The notes below the pieces were generated by a model. That model was not told the origin of the DNA, did no database searches, and saw nothing but the letters and a program-made list of their open reading frames with translations. This document shows, in pieces, positions 38,260-48,300 of a stretch of DNA of 64,000 nt (position 1 is its first letter; each line of letters opens with the position of its first letter). This stretch comes from Candidatus Bathyarchaeia archaeon (GTDB lineage: Archaea > Thermoproteota > Bathyarchaeia > Bathyarchaeales > Bathycorpusculaceae): positions 216,131-280,130 of the forward strand of contig JAVZLK010000001.1 of the NCBI GenBank assembly GCA_038883795.1. Direction: 5' to 3'. The translations under genes and the position numbers were made by a program.

Positions 38260-39237
38260 TTGCCTTTGAGTTTTGAGATGTGGGCTGAAAAATATCGACC
38301 AAAAACATTAGATGCCATGGTCAACCAAAAAGAAATAGTTGAACGCCTAAAAAGCTTCGTAAAATCAAGAAATGTGCCCCACTGCATCTTTGCCGGACCA
38401 CCGGGAACTGGGAAAACCACGGCTGCCCTTTGTTTGGCGAGAGACCTTTACGGTGACGCCTATAGAGAGCATATTATGGAGTTAAACGCCAGTGATGAAC
38501 GAGGTATTGATGTTGTTCGTGAAACTGTGAAAACTTTTGCCAGGGTTAGGTCTATTGGCGAGATTCCCTTTAAAATAATGATTTTGGACGAGGCTGACAA
38601 CATGACTTCTGATGCGCAGCAAGCATTAAGGAGGACTATGGAGCGTTATACAGAAACTTGCCGTTTCATTCTCTGTGCCAATTATAGTGGGAAAATAATA
38701 GAGCCAATCCAATCCAGATGTGCACCGTTTCGTTTCACTTTTCTACCCAGAGAAGAACAAGACAAATATTTGAAGCACATAGCAGAAAAAGAAGGCGTAA
38801 AACTGCTAAAAGACGGGTTAGAAGCAATTTTTGAAGTCTGCGGCGGAGACCTCAGAAAAGCAATCAACACGCTACAAGCAGCAGCATCGCTAAACAAGCC
38901 AGTAGACGCAAAAGTTGTTTACTCAATTGCTGGAAGAGCCAATCCCGCAGATGTACAGAAAATGATCGAAACCGCCATGAAAGGAGATTTCTTAGAAGCG
39001 AGAAAACAGTTGCGTGATATGATTCAAAAGTATGGAGTGGCTGGAAGCGACATAATCCGACAAATTCACACTGAAATCTTTCGGGGAGACATTCCAGAAG
39101 AATGGAAAATAAAATTGGCCGACATCGTTGGCGAAATAGATTATAGGCTTGTTGAAGGTGCCGATGAGGAGGTTCAATTAAGCGCTTTATTGGCAAGACT
39201 AGTTGAGGCTGGGCATGAATTAAGAAGGGCAAGTTAG
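38260..39237 (+). CDS. rfcS: Replication factor C small subunit
   Basis: WAEKYRP, GPPGTGKT, ELNASDERG, LDEAD, SRC. Confidence 0.97.
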   Translation: MPLSFEMWAEKYRPKTLDAMVNQKEIVERLKSFVKSRNVPHCIFAGPPGTGKTTAALCLARDLYGDAYREHIMELNASDERGIDVVRETVKTFARVRSIGEIPFKIMILDEADNMTSDAQQALRRTMERYTETCRFILCANYSGKIIEPIQSRCAPFRFTFLPREEQDKYLKHIAEKEGVKLLKDGLEAIFEVCGGDLRKAINTLQAAASLNKPVDAKVVYSIAGRANPADVQKMIETAMKGDFLEARKQLRDMIQKYGVAGSDIIRQIHTEIFRGDIPEEWKIKLADIVGEIDYRLVEGADEEVQLSALLARLVEAGHELRRAS

Positions 39238-39242
39238 GTGTA

Positions 39243-40508
39243 ATGGGCTTGTATGCTGCTTGGACTGTAAAGCATAAACCGAAATCCTTGGCAGAAGTTG
39301 TGGGGAACAAGGAAGCAATCCAAAAATTCACTGAGTGGATTAAATCTTGGGAAAGGGGGGTTCCAAAAAAGAGAGCCGTCTTTCTCTACGGACCACCAGG
39401 CATTGGAAAAACCGTGTCCGTAGAGGCTTTGGCTAACGATTTAAAGATGGAGCTTGTGGAAAAGAATGCAAGCGATTATAGGACAGAAGAGGCTGTAAAG
39501 CATTTTGCTGGTTTGGCTTCCCAGTATGGTTCCTTATTTGGTGGTCGGAGAATTGTTTTGCTTGATGAGTTGGATGGTTTGACGGGAACAGCCGACAAAG
39601 GAGGAGTTAAAGCAATAACTGACGTGATAAAATCCGCTCAATGCCCAATAGTTTTGATTGCAAACAACGCCTATGACCCGCGATTCACAGAACTACGTAA
39701 CTACTGCCTTTTAATTGAGTTTAAGAAACCGCCAGCTGGCGAGGTTATGAAACATCTTAAGCGGATATGCGAAAGGGAAGGAATTCAAGCTGAAGAAAGT
39801 GCGCTTAAATTCATTGCTCAGCGTTCAGATGGTGATGTTCGCTCGGCGGTGAATGACCTTCAAGCTTTGGCTCAAGGCAGGAAAAAGTTAACCTATGAGG
39901 ATGTTTCTTGGCTTGGCTACCGTGATAGGCAAGACACTATTTTTAATGTTTTGAGGATGATAATTTATGGAAGAACATGCATGGGCGCAAAACAAGCGGT
40001 AGACATGGCTGATGTGGACATTGATATGCTTTTTGAATGGATATATGAAAACGTTCCAGCCCACCTTACGGATCCGCATGATTTGGCAAGGGCTATGGAC
40101 GCCCTTTCAATGGCTGACGTTTACCGGGGCAGAATCCGTTCAACCCAAGACTGGAGTTTCATACGCTACGTTATTGATTATATGACTGCTGGTGTTGCCA
40201 TGGCTAGACAAAATACAAAACCAGGCGGATGGATACCCTTCAAATTTCCCACACGCATCCAGTCCTTATCAAGGACTAAGGCTGAACGTGCCATGCAACT
40301 AAAAATAGGATACAAGATTAGGAACAAATGTCACATTTCAGCAAACAGAGCCTCAAAAGAAATAATCCCCTACCTAAAAATCATTTTCAGAAACAACGCC
40401 AATATGGCTGCGGGACTTGCAAAATGGTTGGATTTAGGCCATGAAATGATAGAATACCTTGCTGAAAAGGAGGAAAATGCTAAGGCTATTATTCAATTGC
40501 TTAGCTAA
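39243..40508 (+). CDS. rfcL: Replication factor C large subunit
   Basis: WTVKHKP, GPPGIGKT, NASD.R, LDELD, GDVRSA.NDLQ, WIYEN. Confidence 0.95.
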   Translation: MGLYAAWTVKHKPKSLAEVVGNKEAIQKFTEWIKSWERGVPKKRAVFLYGPPGIGKTVSVEALANDLKMELVEKNASDYRTEEAVKHFAGLASQYGSLFGGRRIVLLDELDGLTGTADKGGVKAITDVIKSAQCPIVLIANNAYDPRFTELRNYCLLIEFKKPPAGEVMKHLKRICEREGIQAEESALKFIAQRSDGDVRSAVNDLQALAQGRKKLTYEDVSWLGYRDRQDTIFNVLRMIIYGRTCMGAKQAVDMADVDIDMLFEWIYENVPAHLTDPHDLARAMDALSMADVYRGRIRSTQDWSFIRYVIDYMTAGVAMARQNTKPGGWIPFKFPTRIQSLSRTKAERAMQLKIGYKIRNKCHISANRASKEIIPYLKIIFRNNANMAAGLAKWLDLGHEMIEYLAEKEENAKAIIQLLS

Positions 40509-40525
40509 AAAAGAAAAATGGAAGT

Positions 40526-42949
40526 TTACTGTGTTGGAGATGTGGGTGTTGGTGCTGGCGGCGGAGCACCTGGTTTCTTTCTTAGAGCCATGTAAACTCC
40601 AAGTAAAGCCAATATTAGGGCTATTAAGCCTAATCCAAACCCTGTTATTGCAAGAGTCTGAGTGAATGGGTCGACGGTTTGTGCTGTTAGGGTTAGCAGT
40701 GCGCTTTCCGCAGCTTCGTATTCTTCGTTCCCATTCCAGCTTGCTTTTACTTGCCAAACGCCGGCTCGGTCAAGTTTAATTATGTCCGTGAATGTTCCTA
40801 CGTCGTTTGATGCAACGGTGCGTGTTACGGTAGTGCCGTTTGGCGCAATATAAGTTAATGTTATGGTTGCCATTTGTGCCGGTGTCAATGTTCCTGTTAT
40901 GGTGACGTTTTCGTTTACATTAACTGTTAAGGCTGAAGCTGTTATGGTGAGCGCGCTCGGGATTTTTGTTACAGTTAGTGTTGCGGGTGGGCTTTCTGCT
41001 GCTTTGTAGGTTTCATCTCCATCCCATTTTGCTTTTATTGTCCATGTTCCAGTTTGGTTGGCTGTGAACGTAGTGCTGAAAAATCCTGTTTCGTTTGAGT
41101 TAACGATTTTTGTGACAGGTATTATTCCTTGTGGGTTCATGCATTCTATGAATATTGTTGCTTCTTTCGCTGGGTACAGTGTGCCACTTATGCTTATTTC
41201 TTCTCCAAGCGTTATGGTGTAGCTTGAAAGTGTTAAGGTTATCATGCTGGAGGCTTTTTCTACAGTTAATGTGGTTGTAGCGGTTGCTCCTTCATGCTCG
41301 TAATCGCCGTTCCAGCCTACCATAATTGCGTATGCTCCAGGGGCCGGCGGAATCCATGTAAAAGTGTATTCTCCGTTTTCATCTGTTACAACCGTTGCGA
41401 GATATACGAAAACTGGAATTGGTTCACGGGAATATTCTATCCTAACCTCAACGTTTGGTATGGGCACATCGCCTGTCTCATTTGTTACCCGTCCACTTAT
41501 TGTTACCTGTTCGCCTATGACTATGCTTGAAGGTTCTACTGCCACAGTGATTGAACTTGAAACTTTGCTAATGCTCCATATGCCAAGGTTGGATTGTGGA
41601 ACTATCATGAGGCCTGCAGTAAAACCTGCAGTTACGATTTCCGCTTTAGCGTCGTTGTCCACATCATCTATAACAATACTTTGTATGTATGACGCTTCTT
41701 CCCAGTCTTTGGATTCTTCTGTAGCTAATGTTTCTCCATTCCAAGAAAATATCTTAATATGCGCCCTTGACCAATATATGATCCAGAAATTTACGCCTAC
41801 AACTATTTCATTCTTTCCGTCTGAGTCAACATCGCCTATTGCTACTGCTGTTCCAAACGTAATGGCTGGAGGCTCTATCCTTCCACTTTCTACATTGGCT
41901 TTTAGTGTTAATACTTCTTGTTTCCACGACCATACTCTCAGTTGGGCATTTACAATTTCGCCATTGGCGTGATATCCAATAGTTATTATTTCAGGTATTC
42001 CATCCTCATCTATGTCGCCTGTTGTCACAGCGTTAGCGTAAGTTTCAGAGTAAGTGTACCATTGGTAACCTAGCTCCCAGTCTAGTGTTGAACCATCCCA
42101 TGTGCATATCCTAAGCGTGGCACATCGCTGTTTTAGATTTTTATCGTAAAAATCGCCAACAATCACAATTTCCAATTCTCCATCATCGTCCACATCGTTT
42201 ATTGATACGGAACGCCAGATGGTTTCTCCACTTATCATTTTTTCATAACTTGCTTCAAGAACAAAATTCCCTTCAGTTATATTCCAAATGGTGATTACTC
42301 CATGAAAACCTGCCGGGCCTGTCATATTTCTGTAACCGACAGCAACTATTTCTACTACATTGTCTTTATCCACATCGCCCACTGCTAAGCCCAAGAATCT
42401 TGTTGTTTCGTTTTCATTGTCAGGCCATCGCGTAAACGCCTTCCTTGTGAGTGATGAGCCATTCCAGTTTCCAACAAATAGAAATCCTTGTTCTTGAAAG
42501 ACGAATTTTGGAATTGGAAATAATGATATTACGAATAGGAAATTACCATATCCAGCTCCAATTACTTCTATATCTGTATCATTATCGACATTGCTTAAAG
42601 CTACCGCGTTAAAATGTGTATCATTTGAAGTTGTGTATTCAGGATGGAAATATTCGTTATGTTCTGATGTTAATTCTGTGCCATTCCAACTCCAAATATT
42701 CATTTCGCCATCATAATAGTCTGTCGTAGAATTGTGAAAGTATCCGACAGTAACCATTTCGGTAATGCCATCGTTATCTATATCCCGTGCGGCAACAGCA
42801 TTGGTATAGCTTTCGCCATCGGTAGACCATGCATGACTTTTTTCTAATGTAAGACCGTTTTCAGCTTGTGCTATGTTTGGCAGAAAAGCAATTAAAAGAA
42901 CCATAGCGATTAGTAGCGTAGTGAATCCTTTTCTTAATGTTTTATTCAC
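40526..42949 (-). CDS. Secreted, membrane-anchored surface protein: FG-GAP/VCBS-like beta-propeller plus tandem Ig-like domains
   Basis: Signal peptide; about seven D(I/V)DxDGxxEI repeats; three Ig-like repeats ending in WxGxxxY; C-terminal TM, RKK and a Pro/Thr tail. Confidence 0.85.
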   Translation of the reverse strand: MNKTLRKGFTTLLIAMVLLIAFLPNIAQAENGLTLEKSHAWSTDGESYTNAVAARDIDNDGITEMVTVGYFHNSTTDYYDGEMNIWSWNGTELTSEHNEYFHPEYTTSNDTHFNAVALSNVDNDTDIEVIGAGYGNFLFVISLFPIPKFVFQEQGFLFVGNWNGSSLTRKAFTRWPDNENETTRFLGLAVGDVDKDNVVEIVAVGYRNMTGPAGFHGVITIWNITEGNFVLEASYEKMISGETIWRSVSINDVDDDGELEIVIVGDFYDKNLKQRCATLRICTWDGSTLDWELGYQWYTYSETYANAVTTGDIDEDGIPEIITIGYHANGEIVNAQLRVWSWKQEVLTLKANVESGRIEPPAITFGTAVAIGDVDSDGKNEIVVGVNFWIIYWSRAHIKIFSWNGETLATEESKDWEEASYIQSIVIDDVDNDAKAEIVTAGFTAGLMIVPQSNLGIWSISKVSSSITVAVEPSSIVIGEQVTISGRVTNETGDVPIPNVEVRIEYSREPIPVFVYLATVVTDENGEYTFTWIPPAPGAYAIMVGWNGDYEHEGATATTTLTVEKASSMITLTLSSYTITLGEEISISGTLYPAKEATIFIECMNPQGIIPVTKIVNSNETGFFSTTFTANQTGTWTIKAKWDGDETYKAAESPPATLTVTKIPSALTITASALTVNVNENVTITGTLTPAQMATITLTYIAPNGTTVTRTVASNDVGTFTDIIKLDRAGVWQVKASWNGNEEYEAAESALLTLTAQTVDPFTQTLAITGFGLGLIALILALLGVYMALRKKPGAPPPAPTPTSPTQ

Positions 42950-43031
42950 ATTCTTTCCTCCTAACAATAGACAAACTATTGAAACGGATGATATTTAACA
43001 ATTTTCAGTAGAAACGGCATCTACGACCGAA

Positions 43032-43358
43032 TTAGTGTACTTTGCTTCCTATTTCAATGTCCTTTTCCGGCTGCAAAATTACAACGTTGCCTTTTTCATC
43101 TTCTGCTGCTAAAATCATGCATTGGGATTCTACACCCATGAATTTTCTTCTTTGAAGATTTAGAATGAAGGCACATTTTCTACCAACAAGTTGTTCTGGC
43201 TTATACCACTGTAAGAGCCCCGCCACTGCTTGTCTCTTCTCTGTACCAAAATCCACAATCATCCGTATAAGGTTGCGTGAACCTGGAATTTGGTTTGCTT
43301 CTACAATTTTTCCTATTCGCATGTCCAACTTTTGGAATTCTTCAAACGAAATTTCCAT
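43032..43358 (-). CDS. Stand-alone tRNA-binding OB-fold protein (Trbp111/CsaA/MetRS C-terminal-like)
   Basis: ISFEEFQKLDMRIGKI, NL..RK.MGVESQ.MILA. Confidence 0.9.
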   Translation of the reverse strand: MEISFEEFQKLDMRIGKIVEANQIPGSRNLIRMIVDFGTEKRQAVAGLLQWYKPEQLVGRKCAFILNLQRRKFMGVESQCMILAAEDEKGNVVILQPEKDIEIGSKVH

Positions 43359-43404
43359 ATTCTTTACACCCTAATGTTTCTCATTTCTCAAGTGCTGAGG
43401 ATTT

Positions 43405-44112
43405 TTAAGCTTTATGCGTTTGCCTTTTCTGTTTTGTCTTTTCAACAGTTTTTGCTACGCCTTCCCAGCCTTTAACGGTTTTTGAATGGATTATTTCGAA
43501 GGCTTCTTTTGAAGTTAACATGGGCAGTTCTTCGCCAACGGCTTTTCTTGTAAGGTATGCTGCAGCGCTTAAAACTTCGCCATTCAACCGTGAATCCATT
43601 AAATCTGCTAAATGGCAGATTAGGGCTTCTATAGTGTGGGGGCTTATTGGACCGTAATGTCCATGATGAGCTGAAACGATGTGGACCAACTCTAATGGAA
43701 AACCTCTCCTGACGAGTTCTGAAATTATTAGGGATAAATGGTCTAAGTATTCGGCTAAACTTGTTGAACCATAACTTCCATCCTCATTCACAGCATATGT
43801 TATAGGCTTGAAAATGTCATGCAGCAATACCCCCGCTATGACCAAGTCGCGGTTCACTTTTCCATGATAAACTTTTTCCACAGAATTGCATAATGCCTCA
43901 GCAAGGTTGGCTGTCGAAATGATGTGTTCTATATAGCCGCCTGGATAACAGTGATGATGCGATAAGCCAGCGGGTGAAACATCCAGAGGAAGCCCAGAGT
44001 ATTTTTTCCCGTCAATTTCAAATGTCGGGTTTTCTAATAGTTCGATAACCTTTTTTCGAAGTTTTTTGTCCTGAATTTTTTGGGCTAAAGCCCTAAGTTT
44101 TGGATTAAGCAA
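43405..44112 (-). CDS. HD-domain protein (YhaM-like)
   Basis: PA...HHH.YPGG..EH, LLHD..K, HHG, EA...HLAD..DS. Confidence 0.85.
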   Translation of the reverse strand: MLNPKLRALAQKIQDKKLRKKVIELLENPTFEIDGKKYSGLPLDVSPAGLSHHHCYPGGYIEHIISTANLAEALCNSVEKVYHGKVNRDLVIAGVLLHDIFKPITYAVNEDGSYGSTSLAEYLDHLSLIISELVRRGFPLELVHIVSAHHGHYGPISPHTIEALICHLADLMDSRLNGEVLSAAAYLTRKAVGEELPMLTSKEAFEIIHSKTVKGWEGVAKTVEKTKQKRQTHKA

Positions 44113-44138
44113 TCCCTTTTCCTCTTATCTAATAGTTG

Positions 44139-44810
44139 TTAAAGTATTATTGATTTTCTTTTCAATAAATTTGCCATTTCATGAGCTTTCAAAATTGGCT
44201 CCGGTATGCGATTGCTGCGTGCGCAGTGTTTAACTATTTTTATGGCTGTTTCCAATGAAATCATGTGTCCAACACTAACGTAAACGGGTTTGCATCCCCT
44301 TTTTGTTGTAACTGCTGCACCTATGACCTTGCCATTATGCTTCAAGAAAGCCAAATCTTCTGCTTTTAGGTCCTCTAACTCTCCAAACAACTTATCTTTT
44401 GCAACACCTATAGTTGGTTTTACTATAGCCAAGCCCAAATGACTTGCAAATCCGCATCCATAAGGATGGGCAAAACCATGTCCGTCAACGAGAAAAACGT
44501 CTGGTGTTGTCCGCAGTTTTCTAATGCATAAAATTGATGGCGGAATTTCTCTGAAGGAAAGCAAGGTTGGAATATAGGGGAAGCGGGTTTTGCATGTGGC
44601 GGTTTGCGACTCAACAAGCTTAAGCGACTCATACTCTAAAACTGCAACAGCCCCAACAGAAGTGCTCTTTCTATAAGCAACGTCTACACCCGCCACATAC
44701 CGAACTTTTTTGGGTAATCTATCCTCAAAAACAATTTTTTTGGATAACAGCAACTGCGCCTTATGCGCCTTCTCAACAGAAAACATGGGCTGCACTCTTA
44801 TTTTTTCCAT
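44139..44810 (-). CDS. nfi: Endonuclease V
   Basis: AGVDVAY, FPYIPTLLSFRE, LVDGHG..HP...G.ASH, IGVAK, PVYVSVGH, PEP...AH. Confidence 0.95.
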   Translation of the reverse strand: MEKIRVQPMFSVEKAHKAQLLLSKKIVFEDRLPKKVRYVAGVDVAYRKSTSVGAVAVLEYESLKLVESQTATCKTRFPYIPTLLSFREIPPSILCIRKLRTTPDVFLVDGHGFAHPYGCGFASHLGLAIVKPTIGVAKDKLFGELEDLKAEDLAFLKHNGKVIGAAVTTKRGCKPVYVSVGHMISLETAIKIVKHCARSNRIPEPILKAHEMANLLKRKSIIL

Positions 44811-44821
44811 GTCCCTTCTTC

Positions 44822-45454
44822 TCAAGCTCTCGCAAGTTTTTCCAAGCGTTTCAACTGTTTCTCCAGTTCGCTTCTTCGCACCTCTTGCGTTATATCTCCC
44901 CTTGTCGTTTCGATAATTTTCCTTGCGATGTCGCATTTTCTTCTAAGCCCTGGAACCAGCATGTAGGCTTCATCCATAGCCATGAGTTCCACGTAAACCT
45001 CATCCATTATTTGCAAACATTTTTCGCTCTTTTTAATGTCTCCTTCGCGCAAGGCGTCCAACACAAATCGCCTATATTCTCCTATAACGTCTGCCAAGCC
45101 AAGTACATAATCAACTGATGGTACGTTAACTTCCTTTGGTGTTGCAAATTTTTCTTCTTCAATCAGTTTTAGAAATATGCATGCCTCTGAATATTCTTGG
45201 AGGGCGGCACTGAATAATCCGCTATAAATAATGTCTGGGTATGCGTTTGATGCTTCATTAAGCCTTGCAATTATCTCCTTTGCTTCTTCTATGAGCTTTT
45301 TTGCTTCCTTTAACCTTTTTTGGTGAATCATGAGTATGGCTTGTTTTGAGAGGCTTGTGGCTTTTCGCATTTTCTTTTGAAGGTCGTCTCGCACCTTTTC
45401 CTTTTCCCTTAATTCTTTCCCTATGGCTTTCAGAACACTCCTCAAAGACGACAT
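44822..45454 (-). CDS. Translin/Trax family protein
   Basis: ALQEYSEA and DYVLGLADVIGEYRR acidic motifs, LRRKCD. Confidence 0.88.
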   Translation of the reverse strand: MSSLRSVLKAIGKELREKEKVRDDLQKKMRKATSLSKQAILMIHQKRLKEAKKLIEEAKEIIARLNEASNAYPDIIYSGLFSAALQEYSEACIFLKLIEEEKFATPKEVNVPSVDYVLGLADVIGEYRRFVLDALREGDIKKSEKCLQIMDEVYVELMAMDEAYMLVPGLRRKCDIARKIIETTRGDITQEVRRSELEKQLKRLEKLARA

Positions 45455-45575
45455 AACTGCTGCACCTAACTGTTTTAAAATATTATTGTGAAGGTGCTTT
45501 ATTAGATTGGTGAAGTTAACCCTTAAAAATAATAAAAAATGTGATGGTGGCTTAGTTATTCTTGGGTTTCTGCGG

Positions 45576-45767
45576 TTATGTTTGTGTGGGTTCTTTCCAT
45601 TTTTCCACTAATAGTTTGTTGTCTCCGAGTTTGAAGCTTATTTTTACGAATATGGAGTCTGAGCCTTTGAATGGAAACATGCTGTCTTCTGCTAGGTCTT
45701 TTGGCAAGTAAATTAGGAATTTGCCGTCTTTTCTTCTGAATAGGCGTCCTCTTCCTTCGCTAACCAT
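45576..45767 (-). CDS. Small hypothetical protein, AbrB/SpoVT swapped-hairpin-like
   Basis: 63 aa; K..IYLPKDL...FPFK....V.I......LLVE pattern; SD-like GGGTGA upstream. Confidence 0.55.
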   Translation of the reverse strand: MVSEGRGRLFRRKDGKFLIYLPKDLAEDSMFPFKGSDSIFVKISFKLGDNKLLVEKWKEPTQT

Positions 45768-45910
45768 TTGTTGTCACCCCAATTAAACTTTTGGTTTATT
45801 TTTGACTAAAGGAAAAACGCAGCAGCATTTAAGCTTTATTCTCATTTGATTCGTTAAAAAATGTTGGGTGTTTAACTAACATAAGAATATTGAATCATTT
45901 GCAATTTTTC

Positions 45911-46882
45911 CTAACAATTACCAAACCTTATCGGCTTTTCAAGTTTACTCAACAATACAACACGACTATCCACAGATTCATCAATAATGTTATAACCCGT
46001 CTCCCTTGTCAGTTTCTCCGCAAACTCCCGAATTTCTTTGTGAGTTGGCATGTGCTCATAGCCTAAACGGAGTCTAGAAAATCCAACATACATGTACGCC
46101 TTAGGTTCCACATAGGTAGGCGCCGCCTCCTTAATAAGTTTGGCATAGCCTTCTATGTTTTTCATGTTTAAACCACGAACCAGGGTTATTCGGATTACTG
46201 TTGGACATTTAAAACTGGGCAATAAAGCCAAAGTTTCTTTCAAATTTTCCCAAGCTTTCGGGATTTGGGGGCGACAAACATGCTTGAACGTTTCTTGGTC
46301 TGGGGCGCAGACAGAAATGTAAAGCTGTGTTGGTTCCTGGCTTAACTTTTTTAGGCGCGCGGGCATAGTTCCGTTGGAAACCAAAAATGTTGTAAATCCC
46401 TTTTTGTGGAATGCATGTATTAGCTCTCCTATGGGTTCATAAAGTGTTGGTTCACCAGTCAAGCTTATGGCTGCATGCCTAGGGGTTAAGGCTTCTTTAA
46501 ATTTTTGCATATTTGTTTTGGGATTACCCCTATATCCGCTTAATATTTTGATTTGAGCTGCTATACTCCCATCGACAATTTCTTCAGGCGAATCCCATTT
46601 TGGAAGTTTCATTTCGTCCCATTTTATTTGGAGGTCTCCGCTTTGGGCTCTCCAACAGAAAAGACACTGTTGTGTACAATAGGAAAGGGCTGGGGTCATT
46701 TGTATGCATTGGTGCGTTTTTATTCCGTAGAATTTTTGTTTGTAGCATGGTCTATTATGAATTAAAGTTTCATAAAGCCATCTGCATCTTTTAACAGCTG
46801 AGTGTCTGCCAACCATGTGGTATTTCTGTTTCTTTAACGCCTCTACCAGTGAAGGTGGAACTAGGGCTTCCAAGGGGTTCAC
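45911..46882 (-). CDS. tyw1: 4-demethylwyosine synthase Tyw1 (radical SAM)
   Basis: HSAVK.C.W, CYKQKFYGI.TH.C.QMTP, CxxxCxxCWR, ISLTGEP, VEPKAYM.VG.SR.RL. Confidence 0.96.
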   Translation of the reverse strand: MNPLEALVPPSLVEALKKQKYHMVGRHSAVKRCRWLYETLIHNRPCYKQKFYGIKTHQCIQMTPALSYCTQQCLFCWRAQSGDLQIKWDEMKLPKWDSPEEIVDGSIAAQIKILSGYRGNPKTNMQKFKEALTPRHAAISLTGEPTLYEPIGELIHAFHKKGFTTFLVSNGTMPARLKKLSQEPTQLYISVCAPDQETFKHVCRPQIPKAWENLKETLALLPSFKCPTVIRITLVRGLNMKNIEGYAKLIKEAAPTYVEPKAYMYVGFSRLRLGYEHMPTHKEIREFAEKLTRETGYNIIDESVDSRVVLLSKLEKPIRFGNC

Positions 46883-46923
46883 TTTTTCTCTAAGAATAAA
46901 TTAGCTGGTGGTTATAAAAGCGC

Positions 46924-48105
46924 TTATGTTTTAAAGCAGTATTGGATTTCTTGGAACTCACCGCAGAATTTAACAACATCCTTCTTAACGTTTTCTGGTC
47001 TTTCCTTGTTACTGGCGGCTCTTTCAATTAATTCGGCTATTCTAACCATTTCGCTCTCCTTCATCCCTCGCCTTGTAACTTCGCATGTGCCAATTCTAAC
47101 GGCGCAATCAACAATGATGTTTGCCCTTTGAAGTTTTTCTGCGAAGGCTCTTCCTTTCTCATAGCTTCCATAATTCAATATTATTTGATGTGACTTGGTG
47201 AACCCTAAATGTTTGCAGATAACCGGAAAACCATAATTATACAATGCCTTAGCCAAAACTTGAGCGTTGCGGATAACTTGGGTGGCGTAGGCTTCGCCAA
47301 ACTCCTTCATTTCAGCCAAAGCCAAAGTTAGCGCTGCTATTCGGTTCCAGTGGGCATTATCAACAAGGGCTGGATAAATTTTTGCCTTAATAGTTTCTCC
47401 GTGATTTTTGTTCGCCAAAATTATGCCTCCTTGAGGACCGAAAAAGGTTTTGTGGGTAGACCCAAACAAGGCGTGGGCGCCTTCCCTTAGTGGGTCTTGA
47501 AATTGTTTGCCAGCGATAAGTCCCATAACGTGGGAACAGTCAAAGCCAACAACTGCGCCATTTTCGATAGCAATTTCTGCCAACTCTTTTACTGGATGCG
47601 GAAATGGGATGAAACTTGCACCAAAAATTACTATTCGAGGCTTTAGACGTCTAATTGTTTCTTTCGCTTCTTCCACTTTTACATTCATATCATTTTTTGA
47701 AAAGGGAAACGGTATGGCTTTAAGATTGAATAGTCCCGCTAAGCCATTGGTCCACAATCCTGGATATCCACCCTCTTCTGGAGGGATGCACATAAGCGTA
47801 TCTTTTGGTTTTGCGAAAGTAGCTAAGAAAATCAAATCAGCGATATGTCCAGAAAGGGGACGCAAATCAGCAACATCAGCCCCAAAAACATCCTTTGCTA
47901 GTTCTTCGCCGTACTGTTCAATTTTGTCTATGAAGTGTGTTCCCATGTAGAAATGGTCTCTTGCTGTGTAGCGGTTTCCAAGTTCTGATGAGAGAAGGCT
48001 TCTGACTGCGGGGCTCATGACATTTTCTGATGGTATTAGGTTTAAGCATTGTTTTCCTCGCCATTGCTCGTGTTTTTCAACTAAGTTTAAAATTTCATTA
48101 AACAT
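46924..48105 (-). CDS. glyA: Serine hydroxymethyltransferase
   Basis: LNLIPSEN..SP, D.SH..GLIAG, STHKTFFGPQGG PLP-lysine motif. Confidence 0.93.
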   Translation of the reverse strand: MFNEILNLVEKHEQWRGKQCLNLIPSENVMSPAVRSLLSSELGNRYTARDHFYMGTHFIDKIEQYGEELAKDVFGADVADLRPLSGHIADLIFLATFAKPKDTLMCIPPEEGGYPGLWTNGLAGLFNLKAIPFPFSKNDMNVKVEEAKETIRRLKPRIVIFGASFIPFPHPVKELAEIAIENGAVVGFDCSHVMGLIAGKQFQDPLREGAHALFGSTHKTFFGPQGGIILANKNHGETIKAKIYPALVDNAHWNRIAALTLALAEMKEFGEAYATQVIRNAQVLAKALYNYGFPVICKHLGFTKSHQIILNYGSYEKGRAFAEKLQRANIIVDCAVRIGTCEVTRRGMKESEMVRIAELIERAASNKERPENVKKDVVKFCGEFQEIQYCFKT

Positions 48106-48300
48106 GTTTGTCTCCTCGCAGTTTTACGCAATAATATTATTTTTGGCATTTAACTTATTCTCATCATTTTGAGAATATTTGTTTATGTTTGAAAAAGTGA
48201 AATTTTATAGCATTCCGTGATGGAGATGTCTCTTGCACGGTTTCTTTTTCCTTTTTATGGAATGTATGTATCAATAGGAATATAATGTAGTTTTCTTAAA

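Noticed and set aside
44811-44936. N-terminal extension on EndoV in the ORF track
   Set aside because: It overlaps the translin gene out of frame; the real start is more likely ATG 44810
48215-48240. Hairpin CCGTG...CACGG between glyA and the SBP gene, considered as a riboswitch or C/D sRNA
   Set aside because: The stem is short, there is no complete C/D box pair or recognised riboswitch consensus, and it could arise by chance
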